Shown piece after piece: positions 40,041-51,686 of a stretch of DNA of 64,000 bases. The translations under genes and the position numbers were made by a program. The notes beneath the pieces were generated by a model. The model was not told the DNA's origin, did not search any database, and saw only the letters and a list, made by a program, of their open reading frames with translations. The stretch is from NCBI GenBank assembly GCA_965113315.1, contig OZ220363.1; one strand, given 5' to 3'. This stretch comes from Podarcis vaucheri. Its lineage: Eukaryota. Positions within the stretch are counted from its first letter, which is position 1, and each line of letters begins with the position of its first letter.

Positions 40041-40504
40041 GGCTCATGGAGGAGGGCTAGGCCTCTTTATCTTAAGTGTCGTTCCTTCAGTTTCCTTTGC
40101 TTCAGGAAACCTCAAGCCTGCGATAGGCCGCCTCATATGTTCACACGCATAGAGCACAAATTATTTAATTCTTTTCCACTCTCTATGAGGAATGTTAATT
40201 CCTCAAAAGTAGGGTTCACATATGTCCTCTTTTTCCAGGACAGGTCCTTTTTATGGGTAGAGTTGTCATAGCGATCCATAGTTAAAAGCAGAAATCGGCA
40301 AATGTGTCCTCTCTTTTGCTCTTCAAAATATGATAACTCTACAAAAGTGGCTCTTGCATTTTACAACTGAGCCCTACCATTAGGCTAGAAAGCATAGCTG
40401 GCTGCTGATGGGGGAAAAAGGGGGTCAGAGCTGTCCCAGCCCTTAGAAAGTGTAAGGTTCCTACCTGGTCTGCTCCCTCTGCCAGTGGCAGAGAAGCAAA
40501 AGCC

Positions 40505-41045
40505 GCAATCGGCACCAATTTTGGGCAAGATACTCCAGGGATTCCATGCGCTTACCTAAGGTTCTGCTTCCTTGGAAAGAGGGACAGCAGAGACTGTGGA
40601 GTCTTTATGATATATGGGTTACTTATACATATATCATATAACCTGATGCTACAACGGACGGGCTCATAGCATTAATGTCACACAGAAGGTCCTGCATCTC
40701 CCATAGTCATAGCCTTGGATTCAAGCAGAAATCAAGCATGGTTCTCATTCACTAGCTTCTGCCTGCTTCCAGCCCAGCTCACACCGCTCTGCATTTTTGT
40801 CTTCTTCACTACCAGTCAGGTGAGGGTGGGTGGGAGCCCACCAACCATTTCCCCTCTGGCACAGAACAACCTCCTTTGTTATACTATGGACCCATACTTT
40901 GGTGGTGATAAGGACCATAGTTCAGCAATGGAGTCCTCCATTAGATTTTAACCCTTGCTGAATCCAGGACCCCAGCGATTACAAGAGACTCAGGCATCCT
41001 GCAGGCTAACACAAGCTTTCCCCCCAAAAGTCCTTAAACTCAGCA
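40505..41045 (-). mobile_element. Old solo LTR-like element just upstream of the copy A CpG island
   Basis: GTCTTTATGATATATGG...AGCCTTGGAT..AGCAGAAATCA shared with 37303-37857. Ends are approximate. Confidence 0.6.
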
Positions 41046-41379
41046 GCCTAATTTAGTGTGTGTGTGTGTTTGTGTGTAGATCTCCTTGCTGATCTACTGC
41101 AAGCCACGCAAGAGACCTCTCAGCAGATCCTGACCCACTGCCAACGGATGGAACAGGAAACCCCCTCGAGAACTTTAATGGGGGGGGGGGGATAAGAACA
41201 CAAGGCAAGTCCAACACGTCAGCAGATAGGAAACGAGCTGCTCTCTAAGGCTACGGGAAAGCGACCTGGAGGAGGGAAAGGCAGGGAGGATCTGCTTTGA
41301 CAGCCGCCGGTGTCAGGCGCCTCCCGGCCCCGAGGGTGGGCTGAGGATCAATCCGCTTCCGCCGGGAGGCCGCGGGAAG

Positions 41380-41530
41380 GGGGGGCGGCGGCGGCGGAGG
41401 GTTGGGCGAAGGGCTGAGCGAGCGAGTGGGCGGCAGGAAGAAGCGCCCAAGTCATCCCGGGTCTCCTCGCGAGGGCGGAGGTGCGCCGGCAGGGCGGGGC
41501 CTGGGGCGGCCCCAAAGCCATAAAGGGCTC
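41380..41530 (+). promoter_or_regulatory. Core promoter of PHLDA2 copy A (GC boxes, CATAAA box at 41519-41524)
   Basis: GCAGGGCGGGGCCTGGG...CCAAAGCCATAAAGG matches copy B GCAGGGCGGGGTCTGGG...CCAAGGCCATAAATGG. Confidence 0.65.
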
Positions 41531-41745
41531 AGCCGGCTCTTCGCCCGCAAGAACGCGCAGCAGCCCGAGCAGGAGCAGCAGCAGCGGCGTCGCGGAGCCG
41601 GCTGGAGAGGCCAGCGTCCCCGTCGGAAGACAGGCAGGCAAGCAAGACAGGCAGGTGGGCGAGCGTGGCCTTGGCGCTGGTCCCTCGAGGCGATCTCGGT
41701 GCGGCGGCTCTGTTGGCGAGCGCGGGGAGCAGCGGCAGCAGCAGC

Positions 41746-42177
41746 ATGAAGGGCCCGGGCGCCGCGTCGCCGTCGGAGGTGATCCGCGAGGGCGAGCTGG
41801 AGAAGCGCAGCGACAGCCTCTTCCAGCTGTGGAAGAAGAAGGCGGTGGTGCTGAGCAAGGACAGCCTGAGCCTCTTCTCGCCCGAGGCCGGCAAGGCCCG
41901 GGGCGGCGGCGGCGGGAAGGAGCTGCGCTTCGGCTCCATCCAGAAGGTGGACTGCGTGGAGCGGACGGGCAAGTACGTGTACTTCACCATCGTCACGACG
42001 GACCGCAAGGAGATCGACTTTCGGTGCCCGGGCGAGAGCTGCTGGAACGCCTCCATCACCATGGCGCTCATCGACTTCCAGAACAAGCGCGCCATCGAGG
42101 ACTTCAAGAGCCGCCAGGAGGCCGCCGAGCACGCGGCCGCCGCCACCCGGGACAGGCGCCTCGCGCGCGCCCCCTGA
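41746..42177 (+). CDS. PHLDA2: Pleckstrin homology-like domain family A member 2, syntenic copy (copy A), 143 aa, CDS entirely in exon 1
   Basis: Same PH-domain signature as copy B. ATG at 41746, TGA at 42175-42177. Tail-to-tail with SLC22A18, as in mammals. Confidence 0.96.
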   Translation: MKGPGAASPSEVIREGELEKRSDSLFQLWKKKAVVLSKDSLSLFSPEAGKARGGGGGKELRFGSIQKVDCVERTGKYVYFTIVTTDRKEIDFRCPGESCWNASITMALIDFQNKRAIEDFKSRQEAAEHAAAATRDRRLARAP

Positions 42178-42577
42178 GCCCGACACGCGCGCCCCCGAGC
42201 GAGAGAGTGACCTGAGGTGAGCGAGTGCTGCCGTCTTGGTCTCGTTTGCCCCCTGACTTCGCCCCCTCCCCGCCTCCCCATCTTCACTCATTGATCCTCT
42301 GAGTCGATTAATCTGAATCAAAACCCCAAGACCTGTTCTGCTTCATAGGGCCTGCTGGATCACAACCACTCCGTCTATAACCAGCGCAACTTTGGGAAAC
42401 TTGTATGCAATTCAGTGGCCTTCCCCTTCTTACCCCATACAGGATTTATCGTGGGTTGAGAAAGCTTATTTGGTGGAATCTGTTGCGCATAACCTCCCTG
42501 TGGGCAGCAGAGCTTGGTTCTAGATGATGATTTTGCAGATCATTGACTAACCGTAGATTAGCGTCAGTAACACACTA

Positions 42578-42813
42578 CAGTGGTACCTTGGTTTAAGAAC
42601 GGTTTAGATTATGAAAAACTTGGATTAAGAACGCTGCAAACCCAGAAGTAGGTGTTTTGGTTTGTGAACTTTTCCTTGGAAGCAGACCATGTTTCGCTTC
42701 CTGTTGAGTGTGTTCCATTTGTAAATTGAGTCCCCCACTGCTATGGGAAAGCACGCTTTGGTTTAAGAATAGACTTCCAGAATGGATTAAGTTCGTAAAC
42801 CAAGGTACCACTG
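42578..42813. mobile_element. Tc1/mariner MITE in the PHLDA2 copy A intron
   Basis: CAGTGGTACCTTGGTTTA / TAAACCAAGGTACCACTG TIRs. Confidence 0.85.
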
Positions 42814-44362
42814 AAGTTAACAGGAGCATTTGTCTTAAACCGCCTAAATTCCATCAGCTTAAACTGCGGATGAACTAATCATTTTAAATGAGAATACTTG
42901 GATGTGCCTTGGTTTCCTCCCAGATTTAGAATTGGCATAATGTGTGCATCTGCCAAGGAAGCAGAACTCTGAAACTGCAGTGGGGCCAGGCTGTCTGCAA
43001 AAAATAAAAAATTAAGCTGCATTTTGACTTTTCGTGTAATTCAGCTGGTCCCATTTAAGGAATTGTAAGAGGCTAGGTGGCTCTGGAAGCCTCCCTGGGC
43101 TATGCCCTCCTCAAATAATGGCTCTTTCTGGCTTTGTTAAAGGTAATCCAGAATAAATGGCTAAAGTGAGGGTGACACCTGCGTGCATCTGGGGCTCTTC
43201 TTAACGAACTCCCAGGCAATGGCTTTTTCTGTGTGACCAATGTGCTGCTTCAGCACACACCCATATTCCAGGCAGGAATTGCCATTTATTTTTAAGTGGC
43301 GACTTTCATCTGCCTCCAAGTAAAAGGAGAAAAAAGTTAGGATCAGGATGTTGGGAGAGAGGAGCTGTTCAAACTTTTAGGAGTTCCTGGGATGAGAAAC
43401 ACTGTACCCCTCTAGGAGTTGTTAGACTCCAACTCCTATCAAATGCAGCCTGCATGGCTAGTGATCAAGGATGAGGGGATTTTTAGTCCAACATAACTTG
43501 GAGGATACCATGTTCCTTGTCCCTGGTTTCGATAGTTTGGTTATTACAAGTCATCTGGATGAGAATGGATATTGGCAGGAAGGTTGGGATGTTGTGAGTT
43601 TTGCACTAAGAACTCATTGCAGAGAGTCTCTGCAGTAGAGTTTGGGGGTGTCTATTTGTGATATTACTCAAATTATTATTTGACCCAAATAACTAAACAG
43701 GAGGCAATAATTTGCATAGGAGTAGCTATGTTAGTCTGTTGCAGGAAAACCAAGCAGAGAGTCTTGTGGCAGCTTAGAGACTAACATGTTTATTATAGCA
43801 AAGCTAATATGCCATAATAACTTTTGCCAGCCTGGTGTTGAACTACAACTCCTTTTGGCCCCAGCTAGTACAGCTTTCCATGCAAAAGATCCCAGATTCA
43901 GTTCCCAGCATTTCCCATTGGAATGGGGGAAAAAACTCTCTGCCTGAATCCTGGAGAGCTGTTGCCACGCAGATTTAGTGGTCTGACTCTTGTCTAAGGC
44001 AGCTTCTTATTTTCTCTGTATATTTGGTAGTAGGATGAATTGACCTCAGTGGGTTCCTGAGGCTGTAATCCTAACTCCATTTCCTTGGGAATAAGCCCCA
44101 TGGAATTCAGTAGGATTGCCTTCTGAGGAGACCGTGTTTAGGACTGTGCTGTAAGTAAACGTTCAGAACTACTAAAGTCTAGCCTATGGTGGCTAAGCCT
44201 CAGAAAAGGATGACACTATTAGATGCTTCTTTATAGGATCTTTCTGTATCCCCGAGGTTTTAAAAAGGCAGTCTTGCTATTAGTTTAGCATCATTATTAT
44301 TTTTGCTACTAGCTTGCTTGTCCCGCTGCATCACTAATAATTTGCTTTTCTCTTGTTTTCAG

Positions 44363-44820
44363 CAGACTGTACCTCTGGATGGCAAAGAAAATCAGTTGTT
44401 TTAGACTGAACCGGGACACTAGGACACCAATGAAGGAAAGCAAAGGAGAATGCTAGGAGTGCCCAGCTTCTTCCCAGGTCTGATGAGGCGGCTGAGCAAA
44501 GAGGCCAGGCTCTTCTACGAGAGGCATTTGCAGACCAAAGACTTTTTAATTTTTTTAAAAAAAGACTCATAGGGCAAAGCATGGCTGTGTGAGCAGGATG
44601 CCTAGCTTTGCAAAAAATGCTATTGTTTTTCTATTTATGAAATGCAAAGAATATTCAGCACCTGCTGATGCAAAACCAGTTTAAATTATTTGTAATATCT
44701 ATATTTGTATTTATTTTGATAAAATATCCTTAAGCACATGTTTGTCTTAAAATTGCTTCTGGCATTTGAATATGTCCATTCCAAATTAAATGCTTTTTTA
44801 TTACTGTATATCTGAGGTGA
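44363..44820 (+). other. PHLDA2: Non-coding exon 2 (3'UTR) of PHLDA2 copy A; intron 42217-44362
   Basis: Donor GAG|GTGAGC at 42216/42217. Branch-like CACTAAT, pyrimidine tract and tandem acceptor TTTCAG|CAG| (44362 or 44365). ATTAAA at 44785-44790. Homologous to 3990-4433 (minus). The 3' end is approximate. Confidence 0.8.
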
Positions 44821-45236
44821 AGTGTTTTATTTATCAGCAGATGTGGAAATACGGTTCTCTGCTTGCAACCTGACAGTGGGGTACTACTAAGGAAAGCCCT
44901 TGTATTAGCAGAATTGCAAATGTGTCTTTAGGAGCCTGCAGATATGAAGAGTGGGGGCTCAGCCTTGCCGGGGATAGGATAGAAATGCACGTAGAGTAGC
45001 CCCATTGGCCTGTCTTAAAAGCGCAGCAGCCCAACTGAGTCAGACCAGTGGTCAGTTCACTGAATGCTTTCTCAGGATCATAAAAAGAAATCAAAAGGTT
45101 ATCCAGACCAAGGCTTTACTGCAAGAAAAACCCGTCAGCCTACCTGGTTCACACTAGCATGCAGAGAACCAGTGTGGTGCCTTAAGGTGGCTGAAGTTCA
45201 AGATCTTCTGGTGACATAGCTCAGCGAAGCAACATA

Positions 45237-45438
45237 CAGTGGTACCTTGGGTTACATACGGTTCAGGTTACAGACTCCGCTAACCCAGAAATAGCACTTC
45301 AGGTTAAGAACTTTGCTTCAGGATGAGTACAGAAATCGTGCTCCGGTGGCATGGCAGCAGTGGGAAGCCCCATTAGCTAAAGTGGTGCTTCAAGTTAAGA
45401 ACAGTTTCAGGTTAAGTACTTAACCCGAGGTACCACTG
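45237..45438. mobile_element. Tc1/mariner MITE
   Basis: Reverse-orientation copy of the 3127-3336 family. Confidence 0.85.
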
Positions 45439-47111
45439 TGCTGTGGTGGAAGGCAGTGCCTCTTCACTGCTATGGAGAACTCGCTTTCTCAGCTCCATCT
45501 GAGCAAGTTCCCTTTTGAGCCAGCCATCAAGTTCCACACCAAGAGCATAGACAAGGGTAGAGCACAGCACTGGAGGGGCACCTTGAGCTTGGAGGGCAGA
45601 GGCTATTTTCCTGTGTGATTTGCTAACCACTAGGATAGAGCAGAATGCTCACTGAGCATTTTCAGTGGGGCCCCGATACCTTCTTAAAAGGTGACTCCCC
45701 TCCCCACCCTCATAGCAGCCCTGGTTGGCTGCCGCAATGTGTTTCAGACCAGTCTCCTGCATGACACCAGCACTGTTGCTGAGGAAGAATTTGAAGCTTA
45801 AGACATCAGAACAGCAACAGATCAGGGCTGTGGGGAGCAGGTGTTGAAGGAAGTACTACATGTTTATTTAGCCATGCCAAAAGCCACACTTTTTGTCCCA
45901 CTGTTTCAGCTCACCACGAAACTACACTGACACTCACTGCCTTAGTGTCATGCTAAAAGGATTGCTGAAGTTACGGTATGCAAAGATCTTCGAACACTTA
46001 CTTACCAGAAGTTTGAAACCTGCCTTCCCCAACCCGGTGCCCTCTTGATGTTTTGGATTATAAGCCCAACGCCTGCACACACAGGCTGAGCCCAAAACAT
46101 GGCTTTGAAAGCACTTTCGGCTATGCAGAGCAGTTTAACCACTTTACAGCTGTGTAGCTTGCCAGTTTGGTAAGTGTGAGGTTAACTGAGGCAGTTGCAT
46201 GACACCTCTGCTGACTTGAGGGAAGTCACGCTCTGTTTGAGAGGATATAGCTTTTCAAGTATTGCTGTCTGCTTGTCAGATCTGTAGGCTCAGAAAGGGG
46301 TGACTGCCAACTGGAATAGGTCTCTGCTCAGAAGCAGACTCTTCCATCTCTGACACTCCTCCTGTCTACTTGTTCCAAATGATACAGCCACGCACTCTGG
46401 TAAGGAGTGACAATGCCACCGGGCAGAATCAAGGCAACTAATAGAACCTAGCATTTATATAGATCATGTGAGTGTTCAAAGTGCCATGAATGCACAATTT
46501 TTTAATCCTTAAAGACAATCTCATAAAGTAGCTCAGTATTCTCTTCATATTACAATGGGTGGGGATTAGTCCGAGAGTGGCTGGCTTATTTAGCTACAGG
46601 GGTGCAACAATAAAACTGCTAGCACAGTTGCAAAGCTAGGTAGGGTTTGGTTTAATTTCAAATTGGATGTTGAGATTCCTTCATTACAGGGGGCTGGACC
46701 TGATAATTTTTGGGGGTCCCTTCCAACTCTACAATTCTAGGATTTGGCAGTGAGCTTCTGGCTGGGATGAGATGTGGCTTCATGGATCCTATTCTTAGAG
46801 ACAAAATCGACATGACACGTGTAACTTGAAATTGTTGGTTTTCTTTTTTCTGTTTCCCCCACCGTGTATTCCACACTAGGCCTCTTTTTTACAATAGAAA
46901 TTCTGTTGAGGCTCTGGCAGAAATACATGTTGCTATCTAAAGAAAAAACATTCCATCTGCAGAGCCTTCAGAGATCCCCAGTGTGATTGCAATCAAAGGT
47001 GCGGAATGCTTTGATAGAGCTTTTAGGCTTTGATAACAGTTCCAACATCAACAGTTACCCAACCATATCTATAGTACACTGCAGTGCATTAAGGGAGCTG
47101 GTTTAAATTAG

Positions 47112-47117
47112 TTTATT
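47112..47117 (-). terminator. Candidate polyadenylation signal of SLC22A18
   Basis: AATAAA on the minus strand about 80 nt after the stop codon. Confidence 0.55.
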
Positions 47118-47197
47118 TCCTGTCAGATAGGGCAATTAAAAGTCCTAAAATAGAGTTATAGCACATCTTCTCATCAGCACACCATCTGAAGACTTAA

Positions 47198-47385
47198 TTA
47201 CTGTACTTTCCCTTCATTGTGAGGGATCCTCTTCCTCAAGATGTAGAAAAACAGAGGTATATTAACCAGCAGCTGTAAATAACCAAAGGATGAGACCCCA
47301 AATCGTCTGTATAAAAATCCTCCTATAGTTGGGCCTATTGTCCTTGTCAATGGTTGAACTGAGGAACTAATTCCCAGCATGGCAC
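47198..47385 (-). CDS. SLC22A18: Solute carrier family 22 member 18 (MFS transporter), last coding exon
   Basis: (G)AMLGISSSVQPLTRTIGPTIGGFLYRRFGVSSFGYLQLLVNIPLFFYILRKRIPHNEGKVQ* resembles the SLC22A18 C-terminus (GTMLGLCASVQPLLRTLGPTVGGLLYRSFG..., from recall). Acceptor CCCTAG| at 47387-47386; phase matches the upstream exon. Confidence 0.92.
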
Positions 47386-50300
47386 CTAGGGAAGAAAACG
47401 TAAAGAAAATTAATTCTGCAGATCAAAATTAATGTCAGTATCTACTCCAACACCAGCGTATTAGACCAATGTGTCTTTAGCATTTCTGCAATCGGGGATT
47501 TCATATGCCAGTCCTAAACACAGTAATGTGGCAGACCATAAATCTGATTTCACACAATTCACACAACTCTACAATTGAAATAAGGAACAAAGAGAAGTCC
47601 ATTTCCAAGCATGGAACTTGGTACCTCACCAGCATTAGAAGGGATGGGTGTGATGAAGCACTAGTAAATCCCACTGGCCCAGTTTGCATGTCACACGAAG
47701 CTAAACCGTGGCCAGGGGCAGAAGGGGCTTTAGCCCCCTCAATATTTTTGGGTAGGAGGCTGAGCCCTTCCAATATTGAGGAGGCCCCCATCCCCTACTG
47801 CCCGCTGATGTCATGCATATGATGTCATACATATGTCATGTGAAACCGCACCCCTTCAATGTGGAGGGGCAAGTCAGTGCCTTTGACCATGGCTTAGCAT
47901 AAATGTGTGAGTGTGCCAGTTCCCAAGGAGATTGTGACCATTTTGCTCCTCCCTGCAGGTTTCACTGGCAGACTCTGCTGAGCTAAGCCATGGTTTGGCT
48001 AAACATGTCATCTGAACTGTGGCTTGTGGTTTAGTTCTCTCCGGGCTAACCATGAGCTGCAACCAAAGTCTGTTCTTGGTTTACAGCTTGAGGTTAATCT
48101 GGAGAGTGCAACACCACCAAATTGGGACAAGGCACTAAGTCAAACCAATGCTTAGGTCAGCACGGTGCAGCAGTAAAATGAGGAGCAAAGTAGCCACTAT
48201 CACCTTCCCAGGAGATCGCGCTAAGCCACAGTTTGGTTTAGCATGATGCGCAAAAGCAGGCCACCAGTATCAAAAGGAAATGTAAGCATATGTTTAATTC
48301 TGTTGCACAGAATTGCATGATGAGCTACACCTGCTGAAATTCCCTTTTCTACACAGCTACTAAAGGAGCCCTGCCCTCTTTTTGGACCTGGTCACCTTAA
48401 CCGTGGGTGCTAACAAGTGACCTTAGCTTGGAACTTTGCCGACCTATCCCCTAACACCCAAACAGCTTGTTCTGGATGCTGAAGGGAAGGGCAGAGTGGC
48501 ATCCAGCCCAAAGAGAAACCCAGAAGACTGTAGACTGATGGAGGCAGCTGGCACTGGGTAGGGCAGGAGAAACAGCAACCCGAGAAGAGTTGACTCCATA
48601 GCTGACACACCGACAGAATCTGACAAGTGGATGGCTGGAGAAGAGGCCGTTCGAGCAAGCATTGAGCTTCACCTGACTGGAGCACACTGCGTGGTGATTG
48701 GCACAGGGGTGGCCAGGTGATAAAAAAGGGCAAGGCTGTTGCACCTTGACCTGTTGTGTAGAAGAAGGGATTTCAGCAGCTGCAGTTTGCATGGCAACCA
48801 AAGGTGCAGAAATTCTATCTTTTCCCCCACACTGTCCACCCAAGGCATGCATGCTCCTCCTGAAAAAGGACCTTGATTTTTGTTCCTTAAGGTGTCTAGC
48901 AATTCTCCTCACCGGAAAACCTCAGTTTGTTTGACAAGAAAAGCCATGAATGAAATAATTGCAACTGGTGAAGAAACTGTCAAAAAGGTCGAGGTTTTTT
49001 AAAAAAATTATTTAAAAGCCACAAATGAAAACATTTCAACTGGCAATGCATGATTGTAAAGCAGGGAGGTGTCTTTAAATGAATCGATGGGTGGGTCAGG
49101 TAACGTGCAGTTCCACCCACAGCCAGAAATGGGTGTTGAAGCACTTTTAATAGCTGTGCTGCTTTGGGAGTCACCCACACTGCATTAATTGCCAGAAACG
49201 GCTTTAATAAGAGCAGTCGAAAGACTTTGTGAAATTTTCTCCAGTGATACATGCTGTCCCTAATGTCCCTCTTTGAAACCCAGCCCCTCCGCACCTCACA
49301 GCACTAGCAACCTATTTTCCTCAGCTGAAAACATATGCAAGCTCATATCATATCTTAAGCTCATGATTGCTACACGCTTCAGTACAGACCCAAAACATCC
49401 CTTGTTAAATATAACACAGATTCTAGACATGTCTCTGCCGGTAACCCAGCCCTGATCTACTGCGTGCTCCTATTATTCTAGTACACACATCTACTTGAAT
49501 GGAAATACAAAACCACCACCCCTTATATGCAGCTCCCTCCCCCCCTTCTCTCTCTCATATTCTCTGGGTCCCAGGACACTGTTCCCCCTACATTTTGCTC
49601 CTAGGCTATATTACCAGTATTTTGCTGCTCCCAAGCAGACACTGGCAAATTCTTCTGAACTGTGACCTAATAATCTATGCAAATCAGGTTTGGGATTAGG
49701 CCACTGAGGGAGCATTCATATGTGACTGCGGCTACCCCTCTGGGCTCAGGAAGCAAGCAGAGCAGGCTCCATTTCCCTTATAACAGCTCTTTTGAGAAGA
49801 TGCCTGAACCCGTGCCAGCTGCTGCCTTTCAACCTTCCCTCTCAGCTTCTTCATTTCAGAAGCGTAGGGTTGCTTCCAAGGTTGATAATATCCACAGCTC
49901 ATGCTGATCTAGCAACCACAAACGGCACTTTAGTCATGTTTTAAGGACACAAAGAGCTGGTGTGGCGGGTTCAAATCCCGACTCAGCCACAAAGCTCACT
50001 AGGCGACCTTGGACCAGTCACTGCATCTCAGCCCAACAGGATTGTTGTGAGGATAAGGTGGTGAGGGGGGCAGAACCCCCATGCCACACTGCCCATTTAT
50101 AGGTGGGCTATAAATGCAATAGTAAACAAAGAAATAATAAACTAAACATGATTCACAGGAATTGTTCTCAGAATAATCATGGGAATATCCTGGCATATGC
50201 AGAGTGCATGTGGTATAAGGCTGGAGACATTCCACATTGGCACCAACATTCCACATGGAATAAAATGCCGTTGTATCCTTACTACAATCCTGTGAGGTTA

Positions 50301-50494
50301 GGATGGGCTGAGGGAAATGATTGGCCCAACACCGTCCAGCTAACTTTATGACTAAGTGGGAATTTGAACTTGGCTCTTCCCAATCCGAATCTGAACACAG
50401 GCTGTAAGTGACTTGAGAGGGCCTTTGCTTGCCATTGCACATACATATTCCTTTGATCCTGCTATAATCCGGGATCAAACAGGTCTGACAGGAT

Positions 50495-50648
50495 TTTCAT
50501 AGAATCATAGCACTGTAGAGTTGGAAGCGACCATGAGAGTCATCTGGCACAACTGCCTGCAATGCAGGAATCTTTTGCTCAATGTGGGGCTCGAACGCAC
50601 AACCCTGAGATTAAGAGTCTCACGTTTTACCAACTGAGCTATCCCAGA
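50495..50648 (-). mobile_element. tRNA-Lys(CTT)-derived SINE with CR1-type 3' tail (Squam2-like)
   Basis: Minus strand GGATAGCTCAGTTGGTA...GAGACTCTTAATCTCAGGGTTGTGCGTTCGAGCCCCAC, followed by TTCCAACTCTAC...ATGATTCTATG. Confidence 0.8.
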
Positions 50649-51565
50649 AGTCTGTATAAAAACCTGGAAAACCTTTTCCCCCCAGAGCTGAAAGTTAGGT
50701 GATTGGCAGACCATAAGCAGTAATCCCATTTTCAAACCACCTTCAACTCTCTGGAAAAACAACAACACTATGGCTTGTCTTCTGCTTAGGTAAAGTGATT
50801 GTTCCGAGGAGACACTGTGAAGCACCGGGGTACAGCTTGCATATCACCATCATGGAAGAGTGAAGAATTACGAGGACTCCCATTCCTCACTTGTGGTGGC
50901 CTTGAGAGTGCATGGGCGCCACCACCAGGCTCCATTCTTGCAGAGTGACAGGGCATGAACATGGATGCCTCTCTAAGTGGGGTTGCTGGAATCAGGCATA
51001 CTGCAGTGGTGAACATTCACGTAGCCCCGTTGTGGAGGCCCCAGTTCACAAACATTGCACCTATGCATGAGTGCTGCTAGGCTGCAAGCCAAGAGGTGGT
51101 CCCAAGGTGCTGGTGCGACAGGAGGCCACATGACACCTAGGTCCTACCTCCAAGCAGAGGGACACTGCACAGGTCTTTCCCAAGGACATTAATCCCAGGA
51201 AGCCCTGCAAGATTCTGTCTCTTTCTTCGGCAACCGGCTCATTAAGTCAATATGGGTCACTGGCTTCCTTGCAGGCACCCTTGCAGCTTCCAGCCCTACT
51301 GATCCTAACTAGTCTTTGCCGGCTTGGCAAATAAGCAAATCGCACTGAAGGCTACCCTTTGTTTAAAAAAAATAATACATGTGAGATGTGCAGAGACTTT
51401 GGAACTGGGCATTCTTCCTGCTGGGCTCTCTGGCAGAGCACAAGACACACATTTGGCAGTGCATAGCGTTTTCAGAGAAGTGAACCGGAATCAAGCACTG
51501 CATCCAGCTGGTTTCATCAAGAAAGAGGGAGAAGGAAATCCATCCGGCGGAGGAGCCGGTCTTAC

Positions 51566-51686
51566 CAGTGTCAGAAGCAGGGACGGACTTGGTCAGGATG
51601 ATGTCCGAAATGACGGCTATAGTACCAAAGGAGAATATCATGGGGGGCACAATGAGGCAATAATGGAAAATGTTGGTCATCAGGGC
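51566..51686 (-). CDS. SLC22A18: SLC22A18 penultimate coding exon (121 nt)
   Basis: ALMTNIFHYCLIVPPMIFSFGTIAVISDIILTKSVPASDT(G). Acceptor CCCAG|, donor G|GTAAG, phase 0 to 1. Confidence 0.92.

Larger units (their letters stand above)
41230..42300. promoter_or_regulatory. CpG island over PHLDA2 copy A exon 1
   Basis: Very high GC and CpG density. Confidence 0.85.

Noticed and set aside
48444-48662. ORF with a signal-peptide-like stretch (MESTLLGLLFLLP) in an SLC22A18 intron
   Set aside because: Short, no recognisable family and no supported exon chain.
50575-50648. tRNA-Lys(CTT)-like sequence
   Set aside because: Stems are degenerate and it is fused to a CR1-type tail, so it is a SINE head and not a tRNA gene.
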